A DNA stretch of 64,000 bases from the NCBI GenBank assembly GCA_964016885.1, contig OZ024740.1, positions 31,434,001 through 31,498,000 on the forward strand, read 5' to 3'. Below, in pieces: positions 1 through 13,204 of this stretch. Made by a program: the position numbers and the translations under genes. How positions within the stretch are numbered: the stretch's first letter is position 1; each line of letters starts with the position of its first letter. Source of the stretch: Eledone cirrhosa. Lineage: Eukaryota. A model generated the notes under the pieces. The model searched no databases, was not told the origin of the DNA, and was given only the letters and a program-made list of their open reading frames with translations.

Positions 1-770
1 TACCTTGTAAAGGTTCTTGGTGTTTTTTCAAAATGGCCTTTCTTGCCACAGTTTTTGCATGTAGCTTGGATGGCAGGACATTTGTGCTGTATGAACCAAG
101 ATTTCCACAGCAGTAACACAGTTTATCATTTAAATTCTTTCTTTTATCTTTTTTAGTTGTTTTGTAATAAGCAATAACCTCCTCTTTTGAATTGGCATTA
201 CAAAATTCGGATATTTGCGAAGAACACTGTAGCAATTGTACTTAGCTTCCAAACTGAGTTTGCTAACTTCATTAGCTTGAAGAATTTTTTCTCTTTCCTC
301 ACTGCTTCTCAGACTGACAACTAACTGAGACAATATGAGATTTTCAGTCACTGTCCTTTTAAACGTTTTCAAGCTCTTAAAATCGCAGTATTCACTGGCG
401 TGTTGAAGATTCAAAAGAAATTAGCTCATTGAGCTGTTGAATAGTGGAGAAAAATTTTGTTCTTTCAGCCAATATCAGTTTCTTTGAAGGAGCAACCCGA
501 TTGGGAATTGAATTTTTGAGATCAGCATAAGTCATCTTCATGAAATTCTTTAGAATGTTAATATCTCAGATAATCTCTAATGCTTGTATTCCAACCAAAG
601 AAATGAATTTCATGGCCATAGGACTTTGGCCACCATCTTGTAGGTTATGCTCCACTTCGTCTACGTAAGCCTTTGCTTCAATGGCTATGAGCCAGGTCAT
701 GACGTCTTCGACTGACTGTAAGTTTATGTTACCAAGAAATTTTCCTTTCCCTATCGGCGACGCCATTGTG
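1..770 (-). mobile_element. Degenerate LTR-retrotransposon (Gypsy-like) gag relic
   Basis: ORFs 566-766 and 130-414 read as a broken gag-like protein. The reverse strand at 30-125 gives a zinc knuckle (KCPAIQATCKNCGKKGHF). Stops and frameshifts are present. Confidence 0.6.
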
Positions 771-828
771 ATGTCTTGTTTATTTCCTTAAATTATATGC
801 ATAGGTAATTGAACAAGGAACAGTAAAT

Positions 829-980
829 ATATTCAGAAAATAGATTTCGCGAAACAAGTGTGAACTCCCTTTCAAACATGTTCATGATCAACTAACAATA
901 GAAGACAGAATTGTTACTTGATCACGAATACGTTTGAAAGGGAGGTTGCACTTGTTTTGCGAAATCCATTTTCTGGATAT
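829..980. repeat. Fold-back inverted repeat, ~71 bp arms, 10 nt loop
   Basis: 829-899 is the reverse complement of 910-980; mismatches are mostly transitions. Confidence 0.85.
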
Positions 981-1045
981 GACCATGCATTTGATTCACT
1001 AAATATGTTAAAAAAAAAGAAAGGATACATTGAATAGGTCAGTCA

Positions 1046-1400
1046 ACACATACTCTCACACACACATACACTCTCACATACACTCACACACACATACCCT
1101 CTCACACACATACACTCACACACACATGCACTCTAACATACATTCACATACTTATGCTAAGGCAGACACATACACATACAAAATGTGATGTCTACACTCT
1201 CACATACACTCACACACATTATGTGTATGTATGTGTAGTGTGTGTGTGTTTAATTCTCTCAGGCCTAACGTACATGACGAACGCACAAACACACACACTC
1301 ACAGACACATACACACACTCACAGACACATACACACACTCACAAACATACACACACTCACAGACACATACACACTCATATACAAAATGTGACGTTGTCAT
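1046..1400. repeat. Degenerate (CA)n microsatellite
   Basis: Directly visible; explains the TH-rich ORFs. Confidence 0.9.
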
Positions 1401-2021
1401 TGACTATAAAAATATTATTTTAGATAAAATGTTATATTGTTTAATCCAAATGAGAATAAAAATTACACGTTGACACTCCAGCCGTTAGAGAATGCATAGG
1501 AACAGACAGACAGAATTTTATATATAGAGAGAGATTTTGTTTGATGTTGATACAACAAAGTAAATTTGTGTAGTATACATATATGATATATATATATATG
1601 TATAAAAAAAGAAGTTGAAAATGCAATTGAAGTTTTTAAGATGGTTTATTTACAATAACTTATAACTTCACCAGTTTCACACACTTCAGGATTTTCAAAA
1701 GAGAGACGTGTGGCTCTGCCAACTTGTAACTTGGATTTAATTGATGTTAGGAATATTTCTTTCAGTTTTATGCAAAAAAAAAAAAGTAGCACAGATTGCT
1801 ATATGTTTGAAGTACAATTTAATAGGTTGAGGAAGACCACGTGATTAGACATAAAACTTCATGGTAATTTCACACCAAAAATCATGAGTGTCCTGGTTCT
1901 TTCAGTTTTATGAAAAAAGTGGCTCAAATTGATATCTGTTTAAAGTGTAATTTGTTAGGTTGAGGATGATCACCTGTGTTTCACTACACATACATATGTA
2001 TATATGTGTATATATATATAT

Positions 2022-2305
2022 CATCATTATCATCATCATCATCATCACCATTTAACATCCATTTTTCTACACTAGCATGGGTTAGATGGGTTGTCCCGTT
2101 TGAGGCAAGTTGGGCCAGGTGACCATGTCTTGCTCACACAGAAATGTTTCTGGCTTGGTTTCTACAATTGTATGCCCTTCCTAACGCCAACCACATTTAC
2201 AGTGTGGACTGGGTGCTTTTGGTTGTGATACCTACACGACCACTTTACAGTAGACTGGGTGCTTAATGTTGTGTCACTATCACTATCATGACCACTTTAC
2301 AGTGT
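2022..2305 (-). mobile_element. SINE with RTE-type 3' end and (TGA)n tail
   Basis: (CAT)n tail, then ttaacatcc...ctagcatggg and the recurrent gcccttcctaacgccaacc core shared with many copies in the window. Confidence 0.75.
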
Positions 2306-3278
2306 GATAACACCTACAGTTGGCAGAAGATAAAAAATATGCTTGATGAATTTTAAACTCGATACCTGTATCTTCAGCATTAATGTATTATATAATACCC
2401 CACTCAAGCTTATATGGGTAGCATATTTTGATAAGATTCTACATAAATATAAAGTATTTATCTGTTTTCATAATATCTAGTGCCCATTCTTTTGTCATAT
2501 GACAATTGTTCAAACAACTATATGTATGTAAAGCGGCTCTATTTTTAAAGTGGGTGTTGATTCTGGGTTGAGATGGTATTGTGTTGTAGTGTGTACTCAC
2601 TTGGATTGCTCAGTTGTGTGGTCACTGTTGTTGTGCAGAATGTAGGTGAAAAAAGATTGCTGTGCCTGATACAGTGTGGGGTACAAGTAAGTGAGTAAGT
2701 GTTCATTATGGTGATGAATCAGTGGGTAAGTGATTTATCTTGATCACATAGGAAATGAAATATATTGATCACAATAACGCAAAGCTGCTATCTTACTAAT
2801 TTATTAAAGTTATATGACAATACATGAAGCACAAATAAACACAGTTAAATTGTGTGATGTTGAGTTTGTAGCAGTAATTTGAACTCTTGTTCTGATGTCA
2901 GCAAAGTAGGCCAGTGTCACCACTCTGGGAAACACATATGCTCATTTTCTTTTGTTCCAAGATCTGTTGTCAGGCCAGTCTAGAAAATGGGGGTCATTTG
3001 CAGGTTATCAAAGATAAACTAGCTTCTAAAAACCTACTGCTCTCATTTCTCAAAGGAGACACAAAGTATAGAGTTTCCTCCAGGAAGCAGAGGGATGTAG
3101 TTCTTAACCAAACACTGCAGCCCTCTCGACAGGGTTAGCACTTCAATAAAGGTTAGTTCCATGCATCTTGACAGACTACTATAGCATTTACGCAAACCAA
3201 TCACACAAACATAGCACACAATTACACTTGATTCTTTGTTATTTTCCTGTGTTATCAAAATAGGTTTGATATAATTCA

Positions 3279-5510
3279 TGCAACACAGGCGGTGAGGTTA
3301 CACATGTCTGCAGAGAAACCTTGCGAGAGTGGAGACAAATAACAGGGGCCTCCACGATTGGTGACTTAAAGTTGGCATATATGCAGCTACATGTAGTTGA
3401 GAAACTGTGGCAATATCAGCTAGTTAGGTATAAAGGCCAGACATACTGCCTGACTAGGCTGGGGTTCAGGTTGAATCCAGCACTAAAGATCATGGTGGTG
3501 GTCATCAAGGCCATTCTAGGAAAGGTGGACAAGGTGAAGAGGGCCATTAATTCCTACATTGACAATATCTAGAAAGGTTTGGATTAACTGTGAAACTGCC
3601 AGTGGAGCTGCACTGGGGACTCAGGCTGCGAAGAGACAAGACAGGCATGTTGACATTTTGGAGGGGAAAGGAAGTCCTAGAACTGGGCACCGGCATGGAC
3701 AGACAAGGACTTTTCTCAATGTGTGGGAAATTGGTGGGCCATTATCCAATCATGGGGTGGTTCTGAACAGCATGCAGCTATATCAAGATATGAGCAAACA
3801 GGGTAAGTTGGGGAGACAGAGTGGGAGAGAGGATGGTGGCTATGATGCAGGAGATCATAGAAAGGGTAAAGGCAGAAGACCCAGTAAAAGGAAGCTGGTA
3901 CTTATCCAAATTTGAGAATAGGACCATATGCTGTGATGCCAGCAATATAGCGCTAGGGGTTGTTCTGGAGGGGGTGTTGATATCGAGGACACAGCCTGGT
4001 TCAGGAAGAAGGAGGACTACAACCACATCAATGTGGCCAAATTAGATGCCATGCTGAAGGGAGTGAATCTTGCCGTGATGGGGGGACTGTGCACTATAGA
4101 GATTTATGCTGATTTAGTCACTGGACACAGACAGATGAGATCAGTGCTTACCAGTGAGAGGAGGGTATGAACAAGAGGGGCAGCATAGATGTTAATAAAG
4201 CACCTCCTGGGAATTCTGGGAAAGCTAGCTGCTGATTTCAGCCTGAAGTTGAGTGTGGTCTTTGTGCCCTCGGAGAAAAATAAGGCGGACATCCTAATGA
4301 GGGTAAAGAAAGCCTGGCTGGAAGTAGCAGAGGATGTGGAAAGGAGGATAGCTGCAGTGCATTGGCTGGGTGACTCGCAGTTGAGGAGGTTGCATACTAT
4401 GCATCATATGGGAGTAGATAGGACCCTATTCCTAGCCAGGAAAGTTGACTCTGATGTTATCAGACAGTGTCCAGAAAGAGGTCAAGAGTTGTGACAGATG
4501 TCAGCCCATCGACCCTGTCCCGGGTGTGCATGAGATGGGTAACATCCCAATGGAGCACAACTGGAAGCGATTGGCAGTGGATATGACACACTACTAACAG
4601 GGGATATATTTCTCAAAGGTCAATTTTGGACCGGGGCGGATGGCAATATGGAAGGAGATGAACTGTGGAGGAAATCATACAGACGCTGAAAGAGATATTC
4701 TTCGAGTTGGGCCCTCTGAATGAACTGTTAATGGATAACAGCACAGCATTTCACACGGAGGTGCTGAAGGAGATGCTCGACAGGTGGAATGTGAGCTGCT
4801 TCTTCAGAGAGGCGTACAGGCCCAGGAGAAAGGGGATTGTGGGGAGACACCATTACATTTCCCCAATGGAGGCATTGTTTTGTTTCAATATGCCACCTCG
4901 GTTGGGACAGGCCGAGGAGTTGGTGCCACACAGGGCTATATATAGATATGAATGGTGACATCCATGCACATTGTTACAACGACCTGTGTTCATACAAGTG
5001 GGTGAAGAAGTTTGGGTCAAGCCCCCAAATGTGCATTCCACACCTCAATGGGAAACGGGAATGGTAACGACAATAAACTCCCGAAACAACATGTCTGTAG
5101 ACAGAATGCCATGTCACATCTTGGATGTCTGCAGAGTTGTTCATTTGATGGACTTTGGAGAAAAGAAGAAGGAAAGTGCCACCCCAACTGTACAGAAATC
5201 ACAACAGGAACGCCGCTCACTCAAATGGATGACAGACTTTTACATGGAATAATATGATTGGGTAATTGATCCTTGAGATCAGGTGTGGGGCTAGGGAGCC
5301 AGAAGTGAGGGACCAGTGACATCACATTGGAAGGCAGGCCGGGTCTCTATCTTGGTCCATGTACTGCTGTAGAGTGTGGACATTCTGTTATGACTGATAT
5401 GAATAAGCATGTGAATTTTGCCCTGATCTCTGGCCCAACGCAAAACAGGTGAGCATCATGCAGGGAGATTCAGTCAGGACACAAGTAGAGATGCAAAGTA
5501 GGTCCCTTTG
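3279..5510 (+). mobile_element. Gypsy family A copy 1: decayed RT-RNaseH-integrase plus 3' LTR (from TGTGGGGCT at 5284)
   Basis: RT (SYIDNI), RNase H (CDAS) and integrase (LMDNSTAF) ORF fragments. The LTR segment is similar to 20063-20306. Confidence 0.9.
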
Positions 5511-5521
5511 CTTCTTAAAAC

Positions 5522-5884
5522 ATATAATTTCGGACCTCGAATGATCGTCCCACTCTGCTTATTAATTTTTTTGATTTTTTCCACCCCTGCTCTTATTGCA
5601 ACCCTGCTCCCTGCTAATTAAATTTTGCTAATCTATCTCTGGTGAAATTTTATTTTAAGTGGTAGCTTTCCTGCGACAATAAATTTCCTTTATACATTAA
5701 AAGACATTAAACATGACAAAAATGTACATTACTATAAAATAATTAGGATGGTTGGGGCTCTCAATATGTAAACTAAACGACTAATTCAGGTTTTAAAAAA
5801 AAAAATCAACGGAGACAGCCTAGATAAATTAACGAAACCCTTCTGCTTATTACAATACCCCTATTATTTGGGACCTGAGAGTAC
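5522..5884. mobile_element. Non-autonomous Tc1/mariner-type MITE
   Basis: Imperfect terminal inverted repeats ending ...ggacctgagagta; TA flanks. Confidence 0.45.
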
Positions 5885-5943
5885 ATACACCTTATATATA
5901 TTTATAATATACGCACACACACATGTATATGTATGTATATATT

Positions 5944-6251
5944 CAATGTACTCCGGCATTCGCGGAATTTTTTTAGAACCTAACTAATAATTGTTCGTGG
6001 AAACTACCATATATTCGCGGAATCGTAAATAACTTCCACCGTCTTTTTATGGCTTTTTTCGTGGCAATATATATTATTTTAACGTTAAATTATTAATAAC
6101 AATATACTGTATTAGACACCCCTTAGCATAAGACGCCTTTTTGTTTTATCATATTCTACGTTATATTTTGACATTTACAATATTCGTGGTTTTTCACTCT
6201 TCGCAGGTGCTCTAGGAACGTAACTCTCGTGGATACCGGGGAGCAACTGTA
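5944..6251. mobile_element. Tigger/pogo-like MITE
   Basis: Imperfect TIRs caatgtactccggcattcgcgg / cgtggataccggggagcaactg, followed by TA. Confidence 0.5.
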
Positions 6252-6260
6252 TATATACAT

Positions 6261-9200
6261 AAACCAACAAAAATCGAAGATCGTGTCTTCCTCTACCATT
6301 GTTCCTGAACAACAGCAAAAACCAACGACCGTAGCTTCTGCTACTACCCCCGTTGAAGGACTTCATCAACAGCAACTCATGTCCTCCTCACCCGTTACTT
6401 TTCAACAACAACAACCGACGACTGTGTCTTCTCCTACCATGCCTGTTGAAGGAGAAAAACAACAACAAAAATCGACCGTCAATACAGAGTTTGAGGAAAT
6501 ACGGCAAATGATTTCCGCTTTAAGCCGAGAAATAGCGGGAATAAAATCAAGTGGTCGTGTAGAACCTCACAGAGGGATCTTACTGGAGTGCCTTGTTAAA
6601 AAATCTCCGTGTACCTCATGTTGAACCTAGACGCATTGAGAATGCCACTGAATCTGCAAACCACGAAGTGATTGCCATTGGTGTACCAGAAGACATAATT
6701 GATCTTCAGGCATTTGCTGCCAGTTCATCCAAAGACTTGGGCTGTGCTCCCGCGAAGGGTGCCTTGGCCGACCAGGCCCGAAACCCAGGCGGATTAGACT
6801 GTCTTTTTTTAACTCAACTGAGGCACGTTCATACCTTGTAGCCTCTGATAAAGCTAGGCGTAAAAGTCGGATTGCTTTCCGAACACACCCTGGTCTTCCA
6901 CCTGATGTCCGTCCAAAGTTGCGTGCTGCAGCTTCCTTAAACCGCAGCACGACAGAACATGAAAGCTTCAGCCTACGTGATGATGGGCAGATATGGAAGT
7001 TTGTTAAGTCTGGTGAAACATGGAAAAGAGATACCAGCTGGTCTGAAAACACTGTACCCACAACAACTGACAATAAAAAAACTCTGGGAAACTAAATCAG
7101 AACAACCTGCCATCGCCTGCACACAATCATATACTGGAATCAAGGTACAAATTGTTGTCCTTGAATGCACGTAGTCTATGCAATAAGATTCATCTTTTTG
7201 ACTCCTACGTCAAAAGTATCAACCCTGACTTCATTACAGTCACGGAAACTTGGGCACATCCTTTACTCTGTGATGGGGTTTCCAGCATAACTGGCTACAA
7301 CCTGTTTCGTAAAGACCGCATTAATCGTGGTGGTGGTAGTGTAATGGTCTACGTTCGGTCAAATTTGTCGGCAATTCCTTGTGTTGATTTGAACCAATCG
7401 CAGCAGGAAGTTTTTTTCTGCGATATACGTATGGCCATGTCAACACTGCTACTTGGAGCCGTTTACCATCCCCCAAATTACCACCAGGACATTCAACTTT
7501 GTGATATCCTCAGAGCTGCTGCCAGGAAAACAGCCACTTATGTTTTTATTGCAGGAGACTTCAATCACCCAGAGATTCACTGGGAAACCTTTCGTTGGCC
7601 GCCAAGTGCAAATGACTTCCTTGAGCTAGTGCTGGACTCGAATTGGTCCCAAGTAGTCACCTCCCCAACAAGAGGTGACAACACATTGGACCTACTCTTC
7701 ACCACTACTCCTGAAGCGGTCATTAATGTTACTGCTGAGGAACCTTTAGGTGACTCTGATCATGCTATGATCATTGCCAATCTATCCCTCATGGGCAGTA
7801 AGAAGAACCACAACCATCTCCAAACTGCTCACTTTGACTGGAATAAAGCAGACTGGAACTGTTACTGCACCGAGCTGCAACGTCCAAACTGGATTGAGTT
7901 CTACGACTCTGGAAATGTTAACACTGTACTCTAGAACATCCTTAGCTCAATATGGACAGCATGTGCAGCATCGGTGCCACGTAAGCGGAAAAAACATCCC
8001 AAAAGTTCAATTTGGGAGACTGCAGCAGTCCGTCTTGCCAGAAAAGAATGTCGCAATGCTGAACGTGAGTACAAACTGCACAAATCAGACATCAATACGA
8101 AGAGGCGAAATAAATCATCCAACCACCTCAAACAGATGACAAAAAAGACAGTGCTTCAATTTGAGCAGCGCATAGCAACCAGCCCTGACAGTAAGGTGTT
8201 CTGGAAGTATGTTCACTCAAAGCAGAGGCCTCACTCTCCAGTTGGTCCTCTTCACAATCCCCACACAAGCCAGGTTACTGACGACCCCAAGGAATGTGCA
8301 GAGCTCATTGCTGAATGCTATGCAGGCATTTTCACTATTGAAGACCAGAGTGTACCGTCTCCACCACCTATGACACCGGACTCTATTACAACCATGGAAT
8401 TTACACCTGCAATTCTGCGACATCACCTAAAAAATAAACGCAACCATGCCTCTCCTGGTCTTGATGGTGTTACGTACCTGCTTCTTAAACGTGGTGGGTA
8501 CTTCCTTCTGCAACAGCTATCACGCTTCTTCCAATTCTGTCTGAACAACAGTGCTACTCCAGAACAGAGGAAAACTGCCAGTGTCATTCCTCTGTTCAAA
8601 AAGGGTGACCGCACATCACCTGTGAACTATCGTCCAGTCAGTCTTACTAGTTGCATTGCCAAACTGATGAAATCCTGCGTCAGAGAAACACTTTGGAACT
8701 TCTGGAACTCTCACAGTCTTATCTAGCCCTCGCAATTTGGATTTATCCCCAACTCCAGCTGCTCTAATCAACTTATCGAGTTTCTTGAAGACATCACCCG
8801 GATCACTGATGGCGGCTCATGGGTGGATGTTGTTTACCTTGACTTTGCGAAAGCTTTCAATTCTGTGCTACACAAAAGGCTTATGGCAAAACTCTCTGCA
8901 ATGGGTGTGAAGGATGATCTTTTTAACTGGTTGAAGTCTTTCATTCTCAGTCGAAGAGAGGTAGTCACGGTTCTGGGACAGCATTCCTCACCATATGAGA
9001 TGACATAGATGCCAACTTAAAGAATGCCACAGTATTAAAGTACACAGATGACATCAAGCTGTACCTTGAGATAAAAAGGACAGATCCTGAACACTATAGA
9101 TCTTGCTTGCAGTTTGACCTGGACACAATGCAACAATGGATCTCAGACTGGCAACTCAAGCTAGCTGTGGACAAGTGCACCACCATGCATTTTGGGAGTA

Positions 9201-9999
9201 AAAACCTAGCGTCCACATACTCCCTCCACAGCACTAATATCAATAAGTCTTCTTGTGAACGTAACCTGGTCAGCAGTGATTTGCGTTGGACGAAGCACGT
9301 CTCTAAAATTGTCAAGAGGGCCGAGGGTGTCTTAGCATCACTCAGCAAGACCTTTGTCAGCCGCTCTCCAGCTATCTATTTAAGGCTGTACATGGCTATG
9401 GTGCAGCCACACTTAGAATTTGCATCACCAGTCTGGAACCCCTATCTTGCTCAGAACATTGACCGCCTGGAAACTGTTCAGAGACGTGCAACCAAGCGAA
9501 TACCCTCCATCAGGCATCTACCATACTCTGAACGCCTTGCTTCCCTGGGCATGGATACATTGAAGCTCCGACGCCTGGCAACTGACTTGGTAAACACCCA
9601 CAAGATTATTAACCATCTAGCCAACAACAACTCTGAGTACCTTTTTGATTTCCATGTGTCTAACACACGTGGGCATGCCCACAAAGTCAGAAAACAGTAC
9701 AGTTCCCATGACTTTCGGAAACATTTTTTCACGCTCAGAGTTGCTGAAGCATGGAACAAACTGCTTGCGTCAGTTGTTAGCTGTCGAGACACTGCATCCT
9801 TCAAAACCTCCATGCTTCCCGAGATTCGCCAACACTACACCTAATGTTCCCCCTCCATACACATATACATGTATATCATGACTCATACACTGTTGACTTC
9901 CCTGACATTTGTATATTATTCTATGTACTATACATGCACCTTTGACGAGTTGTATTGCACCTGAGCAGTGTACACAATAATCTCATTATTATTATTATT
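6261..9999 (+). mobile_element. Near full-length CR1-clade LINE (ORF1 relic, ORF2 APE endonuclease + RT), inactivated
   Basis: APE motifs NARSL, VTETW, GDFN, SDH. RT motifs NYRPVSLTS, YLDFAKAFN, KYTDD. CR1-type C-terminus (NTRGH...FFTLRVAEAWNKL) and (ATT)n tail. Several stops and an RT deletion. Confidence 0.92.
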
Positions 10000-10002
10000 A
10001 TA

Positions 10003-10280
10003 TGGGCGGTGAATTGGCAGTATCGGTAGAGGGTCGGACGCCATGCTTTGACGCATAGAGTTACGGCCCTTGCCATTCTGAGTTCAAATCCCGTCGAGGT
10101 TAACTTTGCCTTTCATCCTTACGGGGCCGATAAAATAAAGTACCAGTAATGTACTGGATTATTGCTGGCCTTGTGCCAATAGTAGAAACAATTATTATTA
10201 TTATATGGGGTCGATAAAATAAAGTACCAGTAATACACTGGATAATTGCAGGCCTTGTGCCAAAAGTAGAAACAATTATT

Positions 10281-10297
<17 letters not shown>
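10003..10297 (+). mobile_element. tRNA-derived SINE with partial tandem duplication of its 3' part
   Basis: B-box gagttcaaatccc and core ttgcctttcatcct...gataaaataaagtaccag. Related copies at 11265, 12295, 22940, 25482(-), 41740 and 43177. Confidence 0.8.
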
Positions 10298-10312
<15 letters not shown>

Positions 10313-10517
10313 TAACGAAGGAGATGTGGTAAGGAACCAGATGGACCATAACGCACCAGAGTACTCAATACTTAGGGTAGTAGAGTGGGTAATAGGAAAA
10401 AGTATGACCTCGACGACAGAGCTCAAGCCATTTCGACGGGGCTATTTCTGGACTGAAATAGAGTCCAGAAATAGCCGTCGAAACAGCTTGAGCTCTGCCG
10501 TCGGGGTCATACTTTTT

Positions 10518-10522
<5 letters not shown>
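10313..10522. repeat. Interspersed element in (TA)n ending in a fold-back hairpin (10392-10522)
   Basis: Arms of ~62 bp around loop gaaatag. The 5' part recurs at 50621-50717. Confidence 0.85.
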
Positions 10523-10600
<78 letters not shown>

Positions 10601-13010
10601 ATGTATGTATGTATACAGACAAAGAGATAGGTAGGGAGAACTAAATGATAAAGAGCAAAGGAGAAATAGTGATATTGTGACGACCTGGAAAACGAAGTGA
10701 TAAATTTAGAGAGTAGGAAATGTTTTAAGAAAGATCCAATATAAAATATATATGGGAGTGATATCTCTCAGTTGTAATTTCCAAAAAACACACTGAGTGG
10801 GTTAACTATTATGACTAGCAAATCTTACAAAACAACTTCTCTGCTTCAGTTCACACACAAAATATAGTCAGTCACTGTGAGCGATACACTTGGATTTAGT
10901 TTCTCACCTGCCAGGTAAAAATATCACATTTGAAAATATTTCAATCTTATGTATTTTTCTGCTAACTTTTGTTGGTTTGTTGATTATATCTTTCGTATTA
11001 AATAATATTTTATTTATATGTTAACTACCTAAGGGAACAGCTACATACAAACACACATATATTCTTTTTGTTTAGTAGAAGAATCAAGTGGAAAATGTTA
11101 TACGATGTTGTTACTCTATCTCCTTTGTTAAATAAATAGCTATATATTAAATATCGAATGCACTTTGTTTTTAAATTTAAGATTAATTCATCAATTACTT
11201 AATGCAGCCTATTGCACACAATAGAATCCCGACGATTATTGTGCCTAAATCAGAAACCATTTTATGTGGATAAACAGAGTCGTTAAGAGCGTCGGACAAA
11301 TGCTTAGCAGTATTTTTATTCTGGCTTTAAACGTTCTGAGTTCAAATCCCGCCGTGGTTAGCTTTGCTTTTCACCCTTCCGGAATCGATAAAATAAACTA
11401 CCAGTTAAGCATTGGAGTCGATATAATCAACTTTTCCCTCCTTATAAGTTGCTGATCTTCGTTGTTTATAGAAATATTTTAGCATCTATTGTGTCCACGA
11501 GCGATTGACACTGTGGTAGATCGAACTGTATTTGATTTGCTAGAGTGATTGACTCTAGGTTCGTATCATTTTTTCAGTGTATCAACTTTTCTAGAAATCT
11601 TTCAAGTTATTTCGACAATGACCCCGCCACTTCTGCGTGGGTAATGTTTTGAGTGTGATTTGATGGAGATATGGCTGCTATTTATAGCAGGTCGCGTGAC
11701 GACTTTGAAGCTTACTCGAGTGCTCCGGGCGATAAGCACAGCTCGGTAAAAGCCATAAGTTATAAGATTTTTTAAAAATCAGGCTCAACACCACCAATAC
11801 GTAATGTATTTCATTTGTGTTTATTCTAGAGATACATTATTTTATTTCATAAACTGTTCCTTTAAAAAGTTTTTTCATATCTTAATGCCATCGATATTAG
11901 ATAGGTTTGTCGTTGAAGCTGTGGCGGTGGAGACGTCAGGTTTTCCTGGTCCCCATATCACATTCCCTTCACATTACTATAGGAGCGGAGTTCGCCACCC
12001 TCAGGAATGAGCCCCGCCAGTTGGAATGACTATTCTAACGCGTCTACTTCACCATCCTTCAGGGTAACGCTTTCTCCATTCTATCCACTGGGACCGTGAG
12101 GTGGTTTTCGCTTGGGGTCCAGCATGCCAGAATGCGTTCTCCACACAGTCCGGGTCCGTGTCATTGGGATAGCAATCGATGTTTGAGTAGTCTTTCTCGT
12201 ATTTTCGTTGTATATATATATATAATTATTTGATTGATTTATATAAATCATCATAATAATATAGATAGAAGTAGCTTTGATATTCATTTAATATTCTTGC
12301 TGAAAGGGTGGCAATTTGACAAAATTGATAGAGCATCAGATAAAATACTATTTGTTCTGGCGCTTGCCTTTCAATCTTCTGGAAACAATGAAATAAAGTA
12401 CCAGTCAAGTACTAGGGTTGATTTAATCAACTTAGACCCCCTCTCAAATTTATTGGCCTTCTGTCTAAATTAGAAATCAATATTTTTATGCACGGCTTAG
12501 ACATTATATTTGTAATGTTCTTCTGAACGAATTGCGAGCAATTTATAATGTTATTTATGTATATATTTAAAATATATTTGTAATGTTATTCAACTGTAAA
12601 TTTATACAATTGTAAATAAAATATATATTTGTTCTTTCATCCACTAAAAATGCCCAAGAAACAGTGTACTGTTTCATTGAAAATTATGCTTTGGAGTTTG
12701 TTATTCAATGTCAACATTTTCAGATAGAAACCAGTATTAAGTAATATTATTAGTCGCACCTAAATAAAAGTAGGACACACACGTTATGCCATGTGATTTT
12801 CACAAAGAAATTACAAATTGCCTGTAACCAGTTTTTAACTATGCGGTTTTGAAAATATTCAGTCGGTAAATAAACACACAGATACAAACTTTAAAACTCT
12901 TAACCTTTTCGTTACCATATATCCCTTGAAAAACACTGCTTATGGTTTTCAAATTTGAAAATAATCAGGAATTACTAATACTATTTGATTATTTTTATTT
13001 ATATTTAATA

Positions 13011-13204
13011 ACCAAGTGACGGCAAAAGACCTGACGGCCTTACCCCTGGTCGAGAGGCAGGTGCCTTGTCTGGGACGTCACTGTTAGTGACTCTTTTGCT
13101 TCTTCCCACATCCTGGATGCTGCGGTTAGGACGAGAGCCACAGCTTCCATCAAATACTGTGATATGTCGGCCAGCTACATTTTTCAGCCTGTGGCTTTCG
13201 AGAC
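13011..13204 (+). mobile_element. CRE-like LINE restriction-like endonuclease fragment
   Basis: Translates, with a frameshift, as DGKRPDGLT-PWSRGRCLVWDVTVSDSFA...KY...FQPVAFET, which is homologous to 23857-24339. Confidence 0.8.

Noticed and set aside
2914-3279. Possible inverted gag relic
   Set aside because: Only a faint YIPLL-GG resemblance; too decayed to call by eye.
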